From Promethearchaeia archaeon (GTDB taxonomy: Archaea; Asgardarchaeota; Lokiarchaeia; Sigyniarchaeales; SOKP01), in NCBI GenBank assembly GCA_029856155.1, contig JAHQWL010000040.1, positions 125,032 through 189,031 on the forward strand: DNA of 64,000 bases. The letters are read 5' to 3'. The translations under genes were made by a program, and so were the position numbers. Below are positions 18,751 through 28,357 of this stretch, piece after piece; within the stretch, counting starts at the first letter, position 1, and each line of letters starts with the position of its first letter. Below the pieces are notes generated by a model that ran no database searches, was not told the DNA's origin, and worked only from the letters and a program-made list of their open reading frames with translations.

Positions 18751-19374
18751 TTAAGGTTTAAGATTTAATTTATTTTGAAATTCTTTAAATAATTGATATA
18801 AATCATCTATTAATTTTTCTTTTAAATTCATGTCAGATGGAAGATGATCAATTTGTTTTACAGCATTTTGTTGTACTAACTCAACTTTATAAAGAATATC
18901 ATCTAATCCAGGAAATTTAGCCAGTTTATGATTCAATTCATTAAATAAATTAAAAATAAATTCTTTTTTTGTTATACCGTCTAATGTTAAAGCATCCATT
19001 AGTGTTATAAAAGAAGAAGTTATTTCTGAAGTAATGCTTGGCAATTCTAAAAAGGTATGATGTTTAGAGGGGGTGATATTATCAGACAAATTTAGAGTAG
19101 AAACCTTATTAATGAGATCTAATACAGAGTCATATTCTTGAGATAAGTTCATTGTTTTTAGGAGATCTGGGAGGGAAAAGTGGTTTTCTTTTATAGAGAT
19201 ACTTAACTTTAAAAAATTATTCATTGCGCTTTTTAACGCCTTTCTGAAAAAATTATCATTAACTATGCCTTTTTGATATTTATTATTTAAATTTGTTAGA
19301 GATTTAACTAACGCAAATAGTTCAGATTCAATTTTAAATTGCATATCTGAATTGTTATTATTCTTTTCTACCAT
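18751..19374 (-). CDS. Vps28-like (ESCRT-I) protein
   Basis: SELFALVKSL...YQKGIV and SSFITLMDAL recall Vps28 N- and C-domain motifs. Confidence 0.7.
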   Translation of the reverse strand: MVEKNNNNSDMQFKIESELFALVKSLTNLNNKYQKGIVNDNFFRKALKSAMNNFLKLSISIKENHFSLPDLLKTMNLSQEYDSVLDLINKVSTLNLSDNITPSKHHTFLELPSITSEITSSFITLMDALTLDGITKKEFIFNLFNELNHKLAKFPGLDDILYKVELVQQNAVKQIDHLPSDMNLKEKLIDDLYQLFKEFQNKLNLKP

Positions 19375-19439
19375 AGTACAAATAAATATTTAAAATAATC
19401 AAAATTTTTATATAACGTTTGGATTAAAAGTTAATAAAT

Positions 19440-20366
19440 TTAACCAAATAGGGTTGGTCGTAAAAAATAGAAGAATATAGCAACCACAACTCCAATAATA
19501 AATGAAGGGATTAAGACTCGAGTAGTAGAAGAATTACTTAATTCTCTTATAGCTAAGGTCATTAATATAGGTACCCATACAGCTATAGTTAAAGCATCAA
19601 TTATATCTAAGACTGCCCAAGTTTTAGAATTGAACAAGTCATCAAGTACTGCTTGATTAAAAGATGTTAAATTTGTGAGACTAACTGGTGGAAAACCGGC
19701 AAGTACAATCAAAATTTTAATAGCATTCATTAATAAGAACGGTGCAAACGCACATAACATCATTTTGAATTTATATGAACCCTCTATTTGAAGCATTGTC
19801 CCACCTTTATAAATACTAAACGGACTTACTTCTGTTTGTTCATACTTTTCTCTTTGTTCTTTTATTCCTCCAAAGCGCTTTTCTAACTTATCTGTGAATC
19901 CTACAGCGTAATTAGCACCCTTACTAAATAGCCATATTAAAATTCCATAGAATATTACTTGAAAACAAAATCCAAACATGAAAAAAGCACCAAAAAAACT
20001 TAAATTAATGGCGGCCATGATTGGATCGAAAATATCAACACCACTAAAAGTAAAATGTGATAAAAATGCCAAACCCATTAAACCATTTAATAATGAAGAG
20101 AATAACAGAATCAGCCATCCAGGAGCTTTACTTCTTTTATGATTAATATCAAAAAAAGCTTTTGGAGGACTCACGAAAAGATAGAGAATTTTGAAATACC
20201 ATGGATATGGTGCAGACCATTCTGCTTCATATCGTCTAAAGAACCTAATATTCTCAATTCTTTCGGTTTTTAATCTAATACCACAGAAATTGCATGCAAA
20301 ACTATCCGCAGTATTCTCATTTCCACATCTTGGACAACGCTGGAATGCTGCAACTGTCTTGGACAT
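19440..20366 (-). CDS. Zinc-ribbon plus Yip1-like membrane protein
   Basis: N-terminal CPRCG...CNFCG, SPPKAFFDI, about five TM helices. Confidence 0.65.
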   Translation of the reverse strand: MSKTVAAFQRCPRCGNENTADSFACNFCGIRLKTERIENIRFFRRYEAEWSAPYPWYFKILYLFVSPPKAFFDINHKRSKAPGWLILLFSSLLNGLMGLAFLSHFTFSGVDIFDPIMAAINLSFFGAFFMFGFCFQVIFYGILIWLFSKGANYAVGFTDKLEKRFGGIKEQREKYEQTEVSPFSIYKGGTMLQIEGSYKFKMMLCAFAPFLLMNAIKILIVLAGFPPVSLTNLTSFNQAVLDDLFNSKTWAVLDIIDALTIAVWVPILMTLAIRELSNSSTTRVLIPSFIIGVVVAIFFYFLRPTLFG

Positions 20367-20475
20367 TCTTATAAGTAAGTGTTATTAATTTTTATAATAA
20401 TCATATAATAAAATAATCTTATAAAAATTTCTTCAAATTTTTTAACCGAACCATAATTATAACTTTCTTTATATA

Positions 20476-21552
20476 TTAATTTTTATCTAATTCTTGAAGT
20501 TCTATTATAAAATTATTATTATCATGTAAAATTCTATAATTCCTTTTTAAAAACAATTTCATTAGTTCTAAGTTAGTTTTAGTGTGGCTAGTAATCTCAA
20601 GTACTTTTATTCTCGATGATTCCTTAATGAAACCCATAAAAGGTATTAATTGATCGCTTAGATAATTATCCACAGGAATCTCTCTTTTAACATATTTAAT
20701 AAATTCATTAACAGTCCGTTTAGCAAGATTTTCAGAAGTAATATTACGTTCACCAAGTATAGTTCCGGAAGAAATAAAAGCTCCTGTATCAGAACTTGCC
20801 CATAAATATAGCCCCACTCCAGGGCTCAATGAATTTACATATTTGGAACTAATTTCAATATCCATTTTGAGTTCTTTCTTTAATTGTTGTTGAGCGGTTT
20901 TTTTTATTCTTTCACTGACTTCATTTCTTTTTAATTGATTGGCAGTAACTATTTCGCCTTGAATTAATTCAATATTCCCTAATTCAGTTAAAGATATTGG
21001 TCTCAATTTACTTTTAGAAGGATATAGAGTACATTTTACTAAAGCGCCTCCTTTAGGGTAAAAACCATGCTTTTGAATATCAACATCAATTTTAAAGCCA
21101 TGATTTCTAAAAATCTTATAAGTCACTTCATTAAGGTAATTAAGACCAGGAGCCCATTTACCAAATGTACCTCCACCGTTCACAATAATTTCAATTTTTT
21201 CTGGTGTATTGAATCCCAGACAAGCAATTTGAATCGGTTGGAGTAATAATCCTATACTTCCAGCTGTTCCAATTTCAACCCGTACATTATCTTTTATAGA
21301 TTGCCTGGGATTTAAAGTGATTTCTTTAGTTCCAACCGTGCAATTAGATAAATTACTATTTGTTAATTCGGATAAGGTTTTTAATCCAATCAAATGCTGC
21401 AATCTTAGACCTGGTTTAGGTCTATTAGCTCTTATATTTTTTATTCGAATTGGGCGTTTGAATAATATTGAAAATCCCGCTCCTATTCGAAGTATCGCAC
21501 CTCCACCTTCTCCGAAAGAACCATCAATTTCTAAGAATTTAGTTGTTGTCAT
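20476..21552 (-). CDS. rtcA: RNA 3'-terminal phosphate cyclase
   Basis: IDGSFGEGGGAILR, NIRANRPKPGL, GFYPKGG, DQLIPF, TSHTKTN (catalytic His). Confidence 0.92.
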   Translation of the reverse strand: MTTTKFLEIDGSFGEGGGAILRIGAGFSILFKRPIRIKNIRANRPKPGLRLQHLIGLKTLSELTNSNLSNCTVGTKEITLNPRQSIKDNVRVEIGTAGSIGLLLQPIQIACLGFNTPEKIEIIVNGGGTFGKWAPGLNYLNEVTYKIFRNHGFKIDVDIQKHGFYPKGGALVKCTLYPSKSKLRPISLTELGNIELIQGEIVTANQLKRNEVSERIKKTAQQQLKKELKMDIEISSKYVNSLSPGVGLYLWASSDTGAFISSGTILGERNITSENLAKRTVNEFIKYVKREIPVDNYLSDQLIPFMGFIKESSRIKVLEITSHTKTNLELMKLFLKRNYRILHDNNNFIIELQELDKN

Positions 21553-22682
21553 GGAGTATCATTTTTTCCATATAATGATTTAATTCGATTGATACCATTA
21601 AATTTTTCAATTAGCTGAACTACTTCTTTTGGTACTAGTGTTTTCCACTTTTTATCATTCTTGTTGATTAAATTTCTAATATTATTAGCATTGAAATGCT
21701 TTTTAAATATAATGATTTTTTTTTCAACTTTAATTCCCTTATCAAAAAACAATTCTCTTACCCAATCACTATTAGTATAAATTGAATCAAAGTCCCCTAC
21801 AATAGAGATAACATGATCAACCCATTTTTTAGCATTAAAAATATCCTGAATATAATATATTGTATACCGTTGAGAGGAGATACCTCTTTTTTGTAAGGCA
21901 GTCTTGATAAACATTTTTCTTTCATCACTTGAAAATGGATCATTTATAGTATGGGATAATTGAGAGCTACCTATGCCAATTTTAATTTTTTTTTTAGATT
22001 TTAAAATTTGGTTTATAACATAAATATGCCCATGATGTAAAGGTTGAAATCTTCCAATAAAAAGAGCACTTCCATTTTTTTTTTCAATAGATTGTTCTAT
22101 TTTTTTCTCGAAGAGAGATGAAATATTTGCTATTAAGAGTTTTTTCCAAATTTTTTTTGAATAATCTATATATTTTTCATTTTCTAACAGTTTTTCAAGT
22201 TCAGTTTTAGTATAGAATCTACTAAATCTAACATCTAACTCGTTCTGATCCGGGCGTAAAGTAACATTCCAATCAACAATCCCTAAAAAAATGTATGCTA
22301 TTTCATCACTTTCAGTATTTAAATCATAAAATATTACCTTCTGTACTTCTCTTGGAGGAATTCCAAATTCTTCTTCAAGTTCTCTTAACGCATTTTTCTT
22401 AATTTTATTTAGATCTAAATTTATCACCCAATTTATATGTCCAGAAGATGAATCAGTAAAATAGTTTGGGAATGCTCTTTTATTTTTTCCGCGTTTTTGT
22501 ACTAAATATGATATCGTACCATTTGGTGCTATTGATAAAATAAAAAATCTTGTTATTAAATGACTAATATTTTTCTTATGAGCCTCCGTTCTTTCCATTG
22601 GAAAAACATATTTAGAAATCTGACCCGATTGTAAAAATTTTTTATTTTTTTTTTCAATACAAGCCAATATTTCTTTATCCAT
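21549..22682 (-). CDS. Nudix (IDI-like) domain fused to NMN adenylyltransferase
   Basis: SSSGH...ALRELEEEFGI Nudix box; FIGRFQPLHHGH, GIGSSQ, PF...ER NadM motifs. Confidence 0.85.
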   Translation of the reverse strand: MDKEILACIEKKNKKFLQSGQISKYVFPMERTEAHKKNISHLITRFFILSIAPNGTISYLVQKRGKNKRAFPNYFTDSSSGHINWVINLDLNKIKKNALRELEEEFGIPPREVQKVIFYDLNTESDEIAYIFLGIVDWNVTLRPDQNELDVRFSRFYTKTELEKLLENEKYIDYSKKIWKKLLIANISSLFEKKIEQSIEKKNGSALFIGRFQPLHHGHIYVINQILKSKKKIKIGIGSSQLSHTINDPFSSDERKMFIKTALQKRGISSQRYTIYYIQDIFNAKKWVDHVISIVGDFDSIYTNSDWVRELFFDKGIKVEKKIIIFKKHFNANNIRNLINKNDKKWKTLVPKEVVQLIEKFNGINRIKSLYGKNDTP

Positions 22683-22698
22683 CTTAATACACTTCTCT

Positions 22699-23529
22699 CT
22701 ATAATCTTAAAGTTAAAACATCTCCTATTAAAAAACCCAATTTCTTAGATGCGTTTCCTCGATTAATTGAAAGTTCAAGAAAACCAGTTGATCCGACAAT
22801 AAATAAAAATGATTCAATGGGAACACTTGAAAAGTGTGAAGTAAAGAATCCTTTATATGATTTCCCCTTGAATTTAACAAGAATCTCCTGACCTTCATCT
22901 AATATAAATCTGCTATCTTTAATTGTATTATTTACTATTGGGATATTAGTTGTTCCATTTCCAAAAGAGTCAATATATTGAATTGAGCATTGGATAACTT
23001 GATTTTTACTATCAATATCATATGTAAGTTTAAATTCTTGTAATTTATTAAGATCAAAAGTAGGACCGAATTCTTGCAATGGAATACCAGATAATAAATG
23101 TGCACCTATTGGAGCCATAATATCTCTTCCATGAAATGTATTTGAAATTGGTTTATTAAAAAAGATATCATTTTGAATTTTTCTACATTCAGCAATGCTA
23201 TTAGTAAAAATATCGGAGAATATTCCATTGTTAGGTCCGATAAAATAATAGTTTGTTAGTGTTTTTAATACCAAAATTTCTCGAGAACTCCCTACTCCGG
23301 GATCAACAACAATTATAAAAACAGTTTCTTCAGGAAAATACTTATAAGTTGTTTTTAATACATAGGAAGCTTCAATTATTGAATATGGAGCAATATTATG
23401 TGAAAGATCTATTATTCTTATATTGGGATTCACACTTAATATAACTGCTTTCATACTAGCGATATAATGTTGCCCTTTTGAGCCAAAATCAGTTATTAAG
23501 CATATTATTTGTTGATTGAAATCTACCAT
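22699..23529 (-). CDS. SAM hydroxide adenosyltransferase (DUF62, chlorinase/fluorinase family)
   Basis: LITDFG, VVDPGVGS, SNTFHGRDI, IDSFGN, GFLELSIN. Confidence 0.92.
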   Translation of the reverse strand: MVDFNQQIICLITDFGSKGQHYIASMKAVILSVNPNIRIIDLSHNIAPYSIIEASYVLKTTYKYFPEETVFIIVVDPGVGSSREILVLKTLTNYYFIGPNNGIFSDIFTNSIAECRKIQNDIFFNKPISNTFHGRDIMAPIGAHLLSGIPLQEFGPTFDLNKLQEFKLTYDIDSKNQVIQCSIQYIDSFGNGTTNIPIVNNTIKDSRFILDEGQEILVKFKGKSYKGFFTSHFSSVPIESFLFIVGSTGFLELSINRGNASKKLGFLIGDVLTLRL

Positions 23530-23588
23530 TTCAATAAGAAAACAAGGTATTTAATAAGCAATATTTATGAAAAATAAAGAAACTGAAT

Positions 23589-24494
23589 TTATTTATTTTT
23601 TCTATATTTTTGATCGATTTTATAAAAATCTTCTAATGCTTTTGATTTTAATCTATATTCCTCCTCTTTTTCGAATTGGATCAGTTTTTTAGAAATATCA
23701 GCTGCTTTTCTATAAGAAGTATAGGCTGAATGTAAGTCTTCATTTCTAAGAGAATTTCTGGCTTCTTGGATAATCCTTTCCCTTTCTTTAGATAATTCAG
23801 GAATTCGTTGACAGAAATCACTTTTTTCTTTAAGTGAAATAGCTATATCCATTATGTAGAGACTTTCTGCGATTTCAGCTGCTTTATTAAAAAATTTAGC
23901 TGCTTTTTCATAATCTAAAGATTTCATAGATTTTTCAGCTATTTTGTAGTTGTCTGAAATTTTGGTATGTTCTCCATTTTCAATCTTCTGTACAAGATCT
24001 TGAGCGATTTTTCTTTCTTGCTTATCACCACTTAGCATAAATTTAGTGATATTAATAATACTATCTTTTAACGCTTCAGGTTGAAGTATATCAATTAACG
24101 GTTCTAAATGCTCCAAATATACATCCTTTAATATTATTTCAAATTCTTCTCTTGATTTCTTAAGAATATCAAGACTTGGAATCTCAAAAGCTTCTGCCGC
24201 TTCTTTAAGAGATGAACGAAATTTCTCTGGCTTATCGTGCTCATTTAAAAATAACCCTATTATAATTCCAGACGCTTTCCGGGTTATTTTTCCTTTAAAA
24301 TTGTAAATATATGAAAAAATTTGAAGATCCTTTATTTTTAACAAAGTATACTCATTTTTTGAGTGATCAAGATTTAATCTAAGAAACAAATCATTTGAAA
24401 TTTCAAAATCTATTTTTCCTTCTTTAAAGTAATACCCCATTATCTTATAATCAGAATCGGTTGGAAGTAATATTACAAAACTGCCTGATGGCAT
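23589..24494 (-). CDS. Hypothetical protein, alpha/beta N-domain plus helical-repeat C-domain
   Basis: 301-aa ORF; YEKAAKFFNKAAEIA-type repeats. Confidence 0.55.
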   Translation of the reverse strand: MPSGSFVILLPTDSDYKIMGYYFKEGKIDFEISNDLFLRLNLDHSKNEYTLLKIKDLQIFSYIYNFKGKITRKASGIIIGLFLNEHDKPEKFRSSLKEAAEAFEIPSLDILKKSREEFEIILKDVYLEHLEPLIDILQPEALKDSIINITKFMLSGDKQERKIAQDLVQKIENGEHTKISDNYKIAEKSMKSLDYEKAAKFFNKAAEIAESLYIMDIAISLKEKSDFCQRIPELSKERERIIQEARNSLRNEDLHSAYTSYRKAADISKKLIQFEKEEEYRLKSKALEDFYKIDQKYRKNK

Positions 24495-24574
24495 AAAAAA
24501 TTTTACACCTATTTGTCCTATTTGTTTAATTTTATTAAATTAATATAAAACCAAGATAAAAAAATTTTATAATT

Positions 24575-25006
24575 TTAAGATCGACTTGCACTAATAATTC
24601 TATTTGTTTCTTCTCTAATTGAGGAAATTATGTTTAGTAATTGAGCAAAATATAGATTGTCTGCTACTGTTTTCGACGCTTGTCTTATAATCTCTATAGC
24701 CTTCTTTTCTTCTTCAGTTAAAGCTTCAATAGCCTTTTTATCCCAAAGTTCTTTTATCTGTTGGTTAAAATCATCTGAAAGTTCCTGAAGAGTTTTACCA
24801 GATTGAACTCGGAATTGTTTTAAGACTTCTACGATTAATCTAATATTCTCTGTCATAGCAACTGTCTGTTCAGAGAAACTTTGACTCATTTGATTAATTG
24901 CTCCCCTCATTTGGCTAATTTGAGCTATTGTTCCATCTAGTGAAGCCATAATTTGATTTATCTTTTGAATCATTTCTTCAAGTAGTTGTTCTGCCAATTT
25001 TATCAC
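24575..25006 (-). CDS. Coiled-coil hypothetical protein (likely TTG start at 24997)
   Basis: Heptad pattern; resembles the neighbouring gene. Confidence 0.6.
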   Translation of the reverse strand: MIKLAEQLLEEMIQKINQIMASLDGTIAQISQMRGAINQMSQSFSEQTVAMTENIRLIVEVLKQFRVQSGKTLQELSDDFNQQIKELWDKKAIEALTEEEKKAIEIIRQASKTVADNLYFAQLLNIISSIREETNRIISASRS

Positions 25007-25028
25007 CTTATCTTTAATTTAAGATATT

Positions 25029-25442
25029 TTATTCTACTACCTCTTCTTCTTTAATAGATTCTTTAAGGATTTTAACAGAATCGATCGCTTCAGATAATAA
25101 TAAATTTACAGTTTCTTGATTAAGAACACTTTCAGATAGTTTAGAAAAATCCTCAAGCTTTTTAATTAAATTAGTAAGAGCATCTAATCCTAAGCCTTCT
25201 TGAATCACTTTTAATTCCCTAGTTGTTCCTTTTCCAATTTCTTTTACTACATCAATATGTTTAGTTTGAGTAACATTTATCTCACTAGAAAATTCCTCTA
25301 ATTTCAAGGTTAAATTTGTAATTTTTTCTTCAATATTTTGATTAAGGCCATCGAGAGACGTCTTTAGCTCTTGTATTGCTGAACCTAGCTGTGCAATCCG
25401 TTTATAGATATTTTGAAGAAGATCCGTTAACATCTCAGCCAT
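25029..25442 (-). CDS. Coiled-coil hypothetical protein
   Basis: Heptad pattern; 137 aa. Confidence 0.6.
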   Translation of the reverse strand: MAEMLTDLLQNIYKRIAQLGSAIQELKTSLDGLNQNIEEKITNLTLKLEEFSSEINVTQTKHIDVVKEIGKGTTRELKVIQEGLGLDALTNLIKKLEDFSKLSESVLNQETVNLLLSEAIDSVKILKESIKEEEVVE

Positions 25443-25656
25443 AAATTATCAACCTTAAATTTTTTTTATTAATATAATAATATCTCTTTTTATCACTTCA
25501 ATTATAAATATAACAGATTACACCAATAAAAAAATTTTTATCTTTTCGTGGTTTTATTAGATTATATTTACTAACTAGATATATAACCATTGAAAAAGGT
25601 ATTTATATAAAAAATTAGATCGATAACTTATATCTGAGTAAATATATTTCATATAT

Positions 25657-25841
25657 GGGCCATTAGCTCAGACTGGTTAACAAGGTTTTAGAAAAGCTTG
25701 GTCAACAAGCGCAGGTCTTATAAATGACCTACGGACATACAAATGTTTGAAGAAATTGTCCGTATTTTAGTAAAAACCTGAGATCCGGGGTTCAAAATGG
25801 CTTGATTGTCTAAGTCAATCATGAAACTCCCCGATGGCCCA
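25657..25841 (+). tRNA. tRNA-Ile(UAU) with three BHB introns (25680..25706 D arm; 25724..25775 anticodon loop; 25797..25827 T loop)
   Basis: Acceptor GGGCCAT/ATGGCCC, anticodon arm CAGGT-CTTATAA-ACCTG, T arm CGGGG-TTCAAAT-CCCCG; central helices TGGT/GTCA, TTAT/GTAA, TTCA/TGAA. Confidence 0.87.
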
Positions 25842-25971
25842 TATAATTATTTTTTTGATCGTGAAATATCTATTTTACGTTTTTCTTTATATATCTAAAT
25901 ATTACCTTAAAATGTATTGAAGTTATATTATTCTTAAATGTGGTTTAAAAAAATTCTTAAAGAAAAAGTAC

Positions 25972-26655
25972 TTATTTATCTAGAAACGAACTAATCAAAT
26001 CAAGGAGCCACTTCTTTATCTGTGTAAGATTTTTAAGAATACCGGGAACAAGATTATCAGGAAAAGTATGTTCTTGTTCTAGTCTTTGAGCTGTTTCCAT
26101 CCACTTATTTAAAGCTAATTGAACCAAACTGGCACCTTCAGCTTCCATAAATATTGGAACAACAGCTGCTGATTCTCTAGCATCCCCAATAGTAAAATAT
26201 ATTCTTCGGTTTATTCCTTTTAACAATACTAAATTTGCGCATTCATCGAGTTTTCTCTCAACCAAAATGCTTTTTAAAATCTGGATTTTCATTTCTGCAT
26301 CCTTAGAGATATAATTCTCTTTTCGTTTTCTAAGTAGCGGTTGAATGTCTGTTACAACTTTATCACCAGTAGTTCCTTCGCTAAAATATTTAGTAATTTT
26401 TAAAGAATTTTCTAATCCTTCTATTGCAATAAATTTTTTGTCATTCGAATATAAAACTGCTTTAGAACCACCTTGTTCTTCGCTTGAAGATTGTTTTATA
26501 TAAATATTTCTCATAGTCACGGAATTACATGTGTGATATGCGATTTCAAACAATTCTCGAGGGATTAAAGGACTATATGGCTCTTCTATTTGTTTAGAAA
26601 GCCATTGAAAAGTAATAACATTATTAAATTGGTCTAATAGCCTATTTTCCATCAT
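25972..26655 (-). CDS. Hypothetical protein
   Basis: 227-aa ORF; no family recognised. Confidence 0.6.
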   Translation of the reverse strand: MMENRLLDQFNNVITFQWLSKQIEEPYSPLIPRELFEIAYHTCNSVTMRNIYIKQSSSEEQGGSKAVLYSNDKKFIAIEGLENSLKITKYFSEGTTGDKVVTDIQPLLRKRKENYISKDAEMKIQILKSILVERKLDECANLVLLKGINRRIYFTIGDARESAAVVPIFMEAEGASLVQLALNKWMETAQRLEQEHTFPDNLVPGILKNLTQIKKWLLDLISSFLDK

Positions 26656-26778
26656 GAATCTCTTTCTATCGATTTTGTATTGTTCGTATAATTTTTATTA
26701 AAATATAGAACTTCTAGTTTTTATTTATTTTTATTTCTGTTTAAATAGAACATCAAAATATTTGTTTTCAATTTACAA

Positions 26779-28149
26779 TTATTTAATTTGGTTATATGCT
26801 TTTTCAAATCTCTCGACAGCAGAAATGATATCTTTTTCTGATGCTCCAATTGCAGCATTCATTACAATATATGGGGTTGTATAATTGCTACAACATGTTC
26901 CAAATGAGTTTTCTTTTGGGTTATATACTCTTGGTCCTGTTACTCTCAAGTTATACAAAGCTCCACCAAGGGCATACAATTTTTTTTCACTTAGATTTTG
27001 TAATGATAATGCTACAGCAACGGGATTATATACATCAAGAATTCTTTCATTAAGTTTTTTAGCAATTTCCCTTAATTTCTTTTCGAGAATTTCACGATTA
27101 TGCTGTTGTTCTTTGAGTAGTTTTTGATAACCACTTATTCCTAATGATAACATTGAAATTAAAAAATTCACAACAGGTGTAGCTGAGGCACGACCTGCGT
27201 ATGCTTGGCTAATTTTGGTTATAGTCTCTTTTACCGGTGATGCTATTACAGCTCCACCAACAGGAGTAAGGAAATTTTTATCTGTTGATTGAATTATTGC
27301 ATCTACTCTACCTGCATCAAGTGCAGATCGAATTAATTTCATCCATTCTGGGCTTTGCACACCATATGCGTTTATAACGATATGGACAAGATTATTCTCT
27401 TCTGCAAATTTACTAATTTCTTTAATATTATCGTGTTCACGAGGAGGAAAAAAACTTGTAAGTGAGATAATAGCAAAACAGGTATTATCAAAATGATTTT
27501 TTATATCCTCAATCGGAATTCTAACCGCATCACCAAAAATCTGTCCGGGGATAATTTTTGCTTTAAAACCCATTAATTCAATCGCCTTTAAAAGAGATTT
27601 ATGATCTACTTGAGGAAGTAAGACTGTTCTTTTATAATTCAATTTTTTTTCGCTTATATTAGGTTTTAAAGCACTTAATGCTAATGATAAAGACATTCCT
27701 GTACATAACGGGACAACAATTGCTTCCTTAATGTTTGATAATCCAAAATTTCTTAAAATGTCTCGAGCTAAGTAGTTGGAAAGTTTATACATTATCGATC
27801 CACCGGGAGCCTTAGGCTGAGGTGCTGTTAAAAATCCACTTCTTCCCACACCATGACAGAATCCTGCTGATGTTCTTAAATGTAATTTTGAAGCGATTCT
27901 TCCTTCTCTTTCACCTACTCTAGCAGCATTAGTATCTTTATCTGTATCCATATTTGAAAGCGTTTGAAGCAAGAATTCGATTTGTTCATCAATCCAAGGT
28001 TTATTAGGTACAGATCTTTGTTCAAATAATATTTTTAGTGGATTTAAGAACTCATTTAGTACTAATTGTCCTCTATTAAGCATATTTTTTGGAATATTTA
28101 CACTTTCAAAAAAATCAATAATTTTATTAAAGTCAACCATTGAAAACAC
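26779..28149 (-). CDS. spcS: O-phosphoseryl-tRNA(Sec) selenium transferase (SepSecS)
   Basis: VGEREGR, HGVGRSG, QPKAPG, QSTDKNF, YAGRAS; directly downstream of tRNA-Sec. Confidence 0.93.
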   Translation of the reverse strand: MFSMVDFNKIIDFFESVNIPKNMLNRGQLVLNEFLNPLKILFEQRSVPNKPWIDEQIEFLLQTLSNMDTDKDTNAARVGEREGRIASKLHLRTSAGFCHGVGRSGFLTAPQPKAPGGSIMYKLSNYLARDILRNFGLSNIKEAIVVPLCTGMSLSLALSALKPNISEKKLNYKRTVLLPQVDHKSLLKAIELMGFKAKIIPGQIFGDAVRIPIEDIKNHFDNTCFAIISLTSFFPPREHDNIKEISKFAEENNLVHIVINAYGVQSPEWMKLIRSALDAGRVDAIIQSTDKNFLTPVGGAVIASPVKETITKISQAYAGRASATPVVNFLISMLSLGISGYQKLLKEQQHNREILEKKLREIAKKLNERILDVYNPVAVALSLQNLSEKKLYALGGALYNLRVTGPRVYNPKENSFGTCCSNYTTPYIVMNAAIGASEKDIISAVERFEKAYNQIK

Positions 28150-28173
28150 AGTATAACTATTTTTATGATATAA

Positions 28174-28266
28174 TGGCGGCCCTCGAGGGGAATCGAACCC
28201 CTATCCCTCCGCAGGATAACTGGGTTTGAAGCCCAGTGTCAGAGACCACTCCAACCGTCAAGGGCC
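28174..28266 (-). tRNA. selC: tRNA-Sec (UCA), 9/4 fold, encoded CCA
   Basis: 9-bp acceptor GGCCCTTGA/TCGAGGGCC, 7-bp D stem with 4-nt loop, CT-TCA-AA loop, long variable arm, 4-bp T stem, GCCA end. Confidence 0.93.
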
Positions 28267-28357
28267 ATAAATAATAATTATTTCTAATTCAAATTATATA
28301 TCTTTTAAAAAGAAGTTTTTGGTTATAAACAATGATGTAAATCAATAAGCAAAATTA

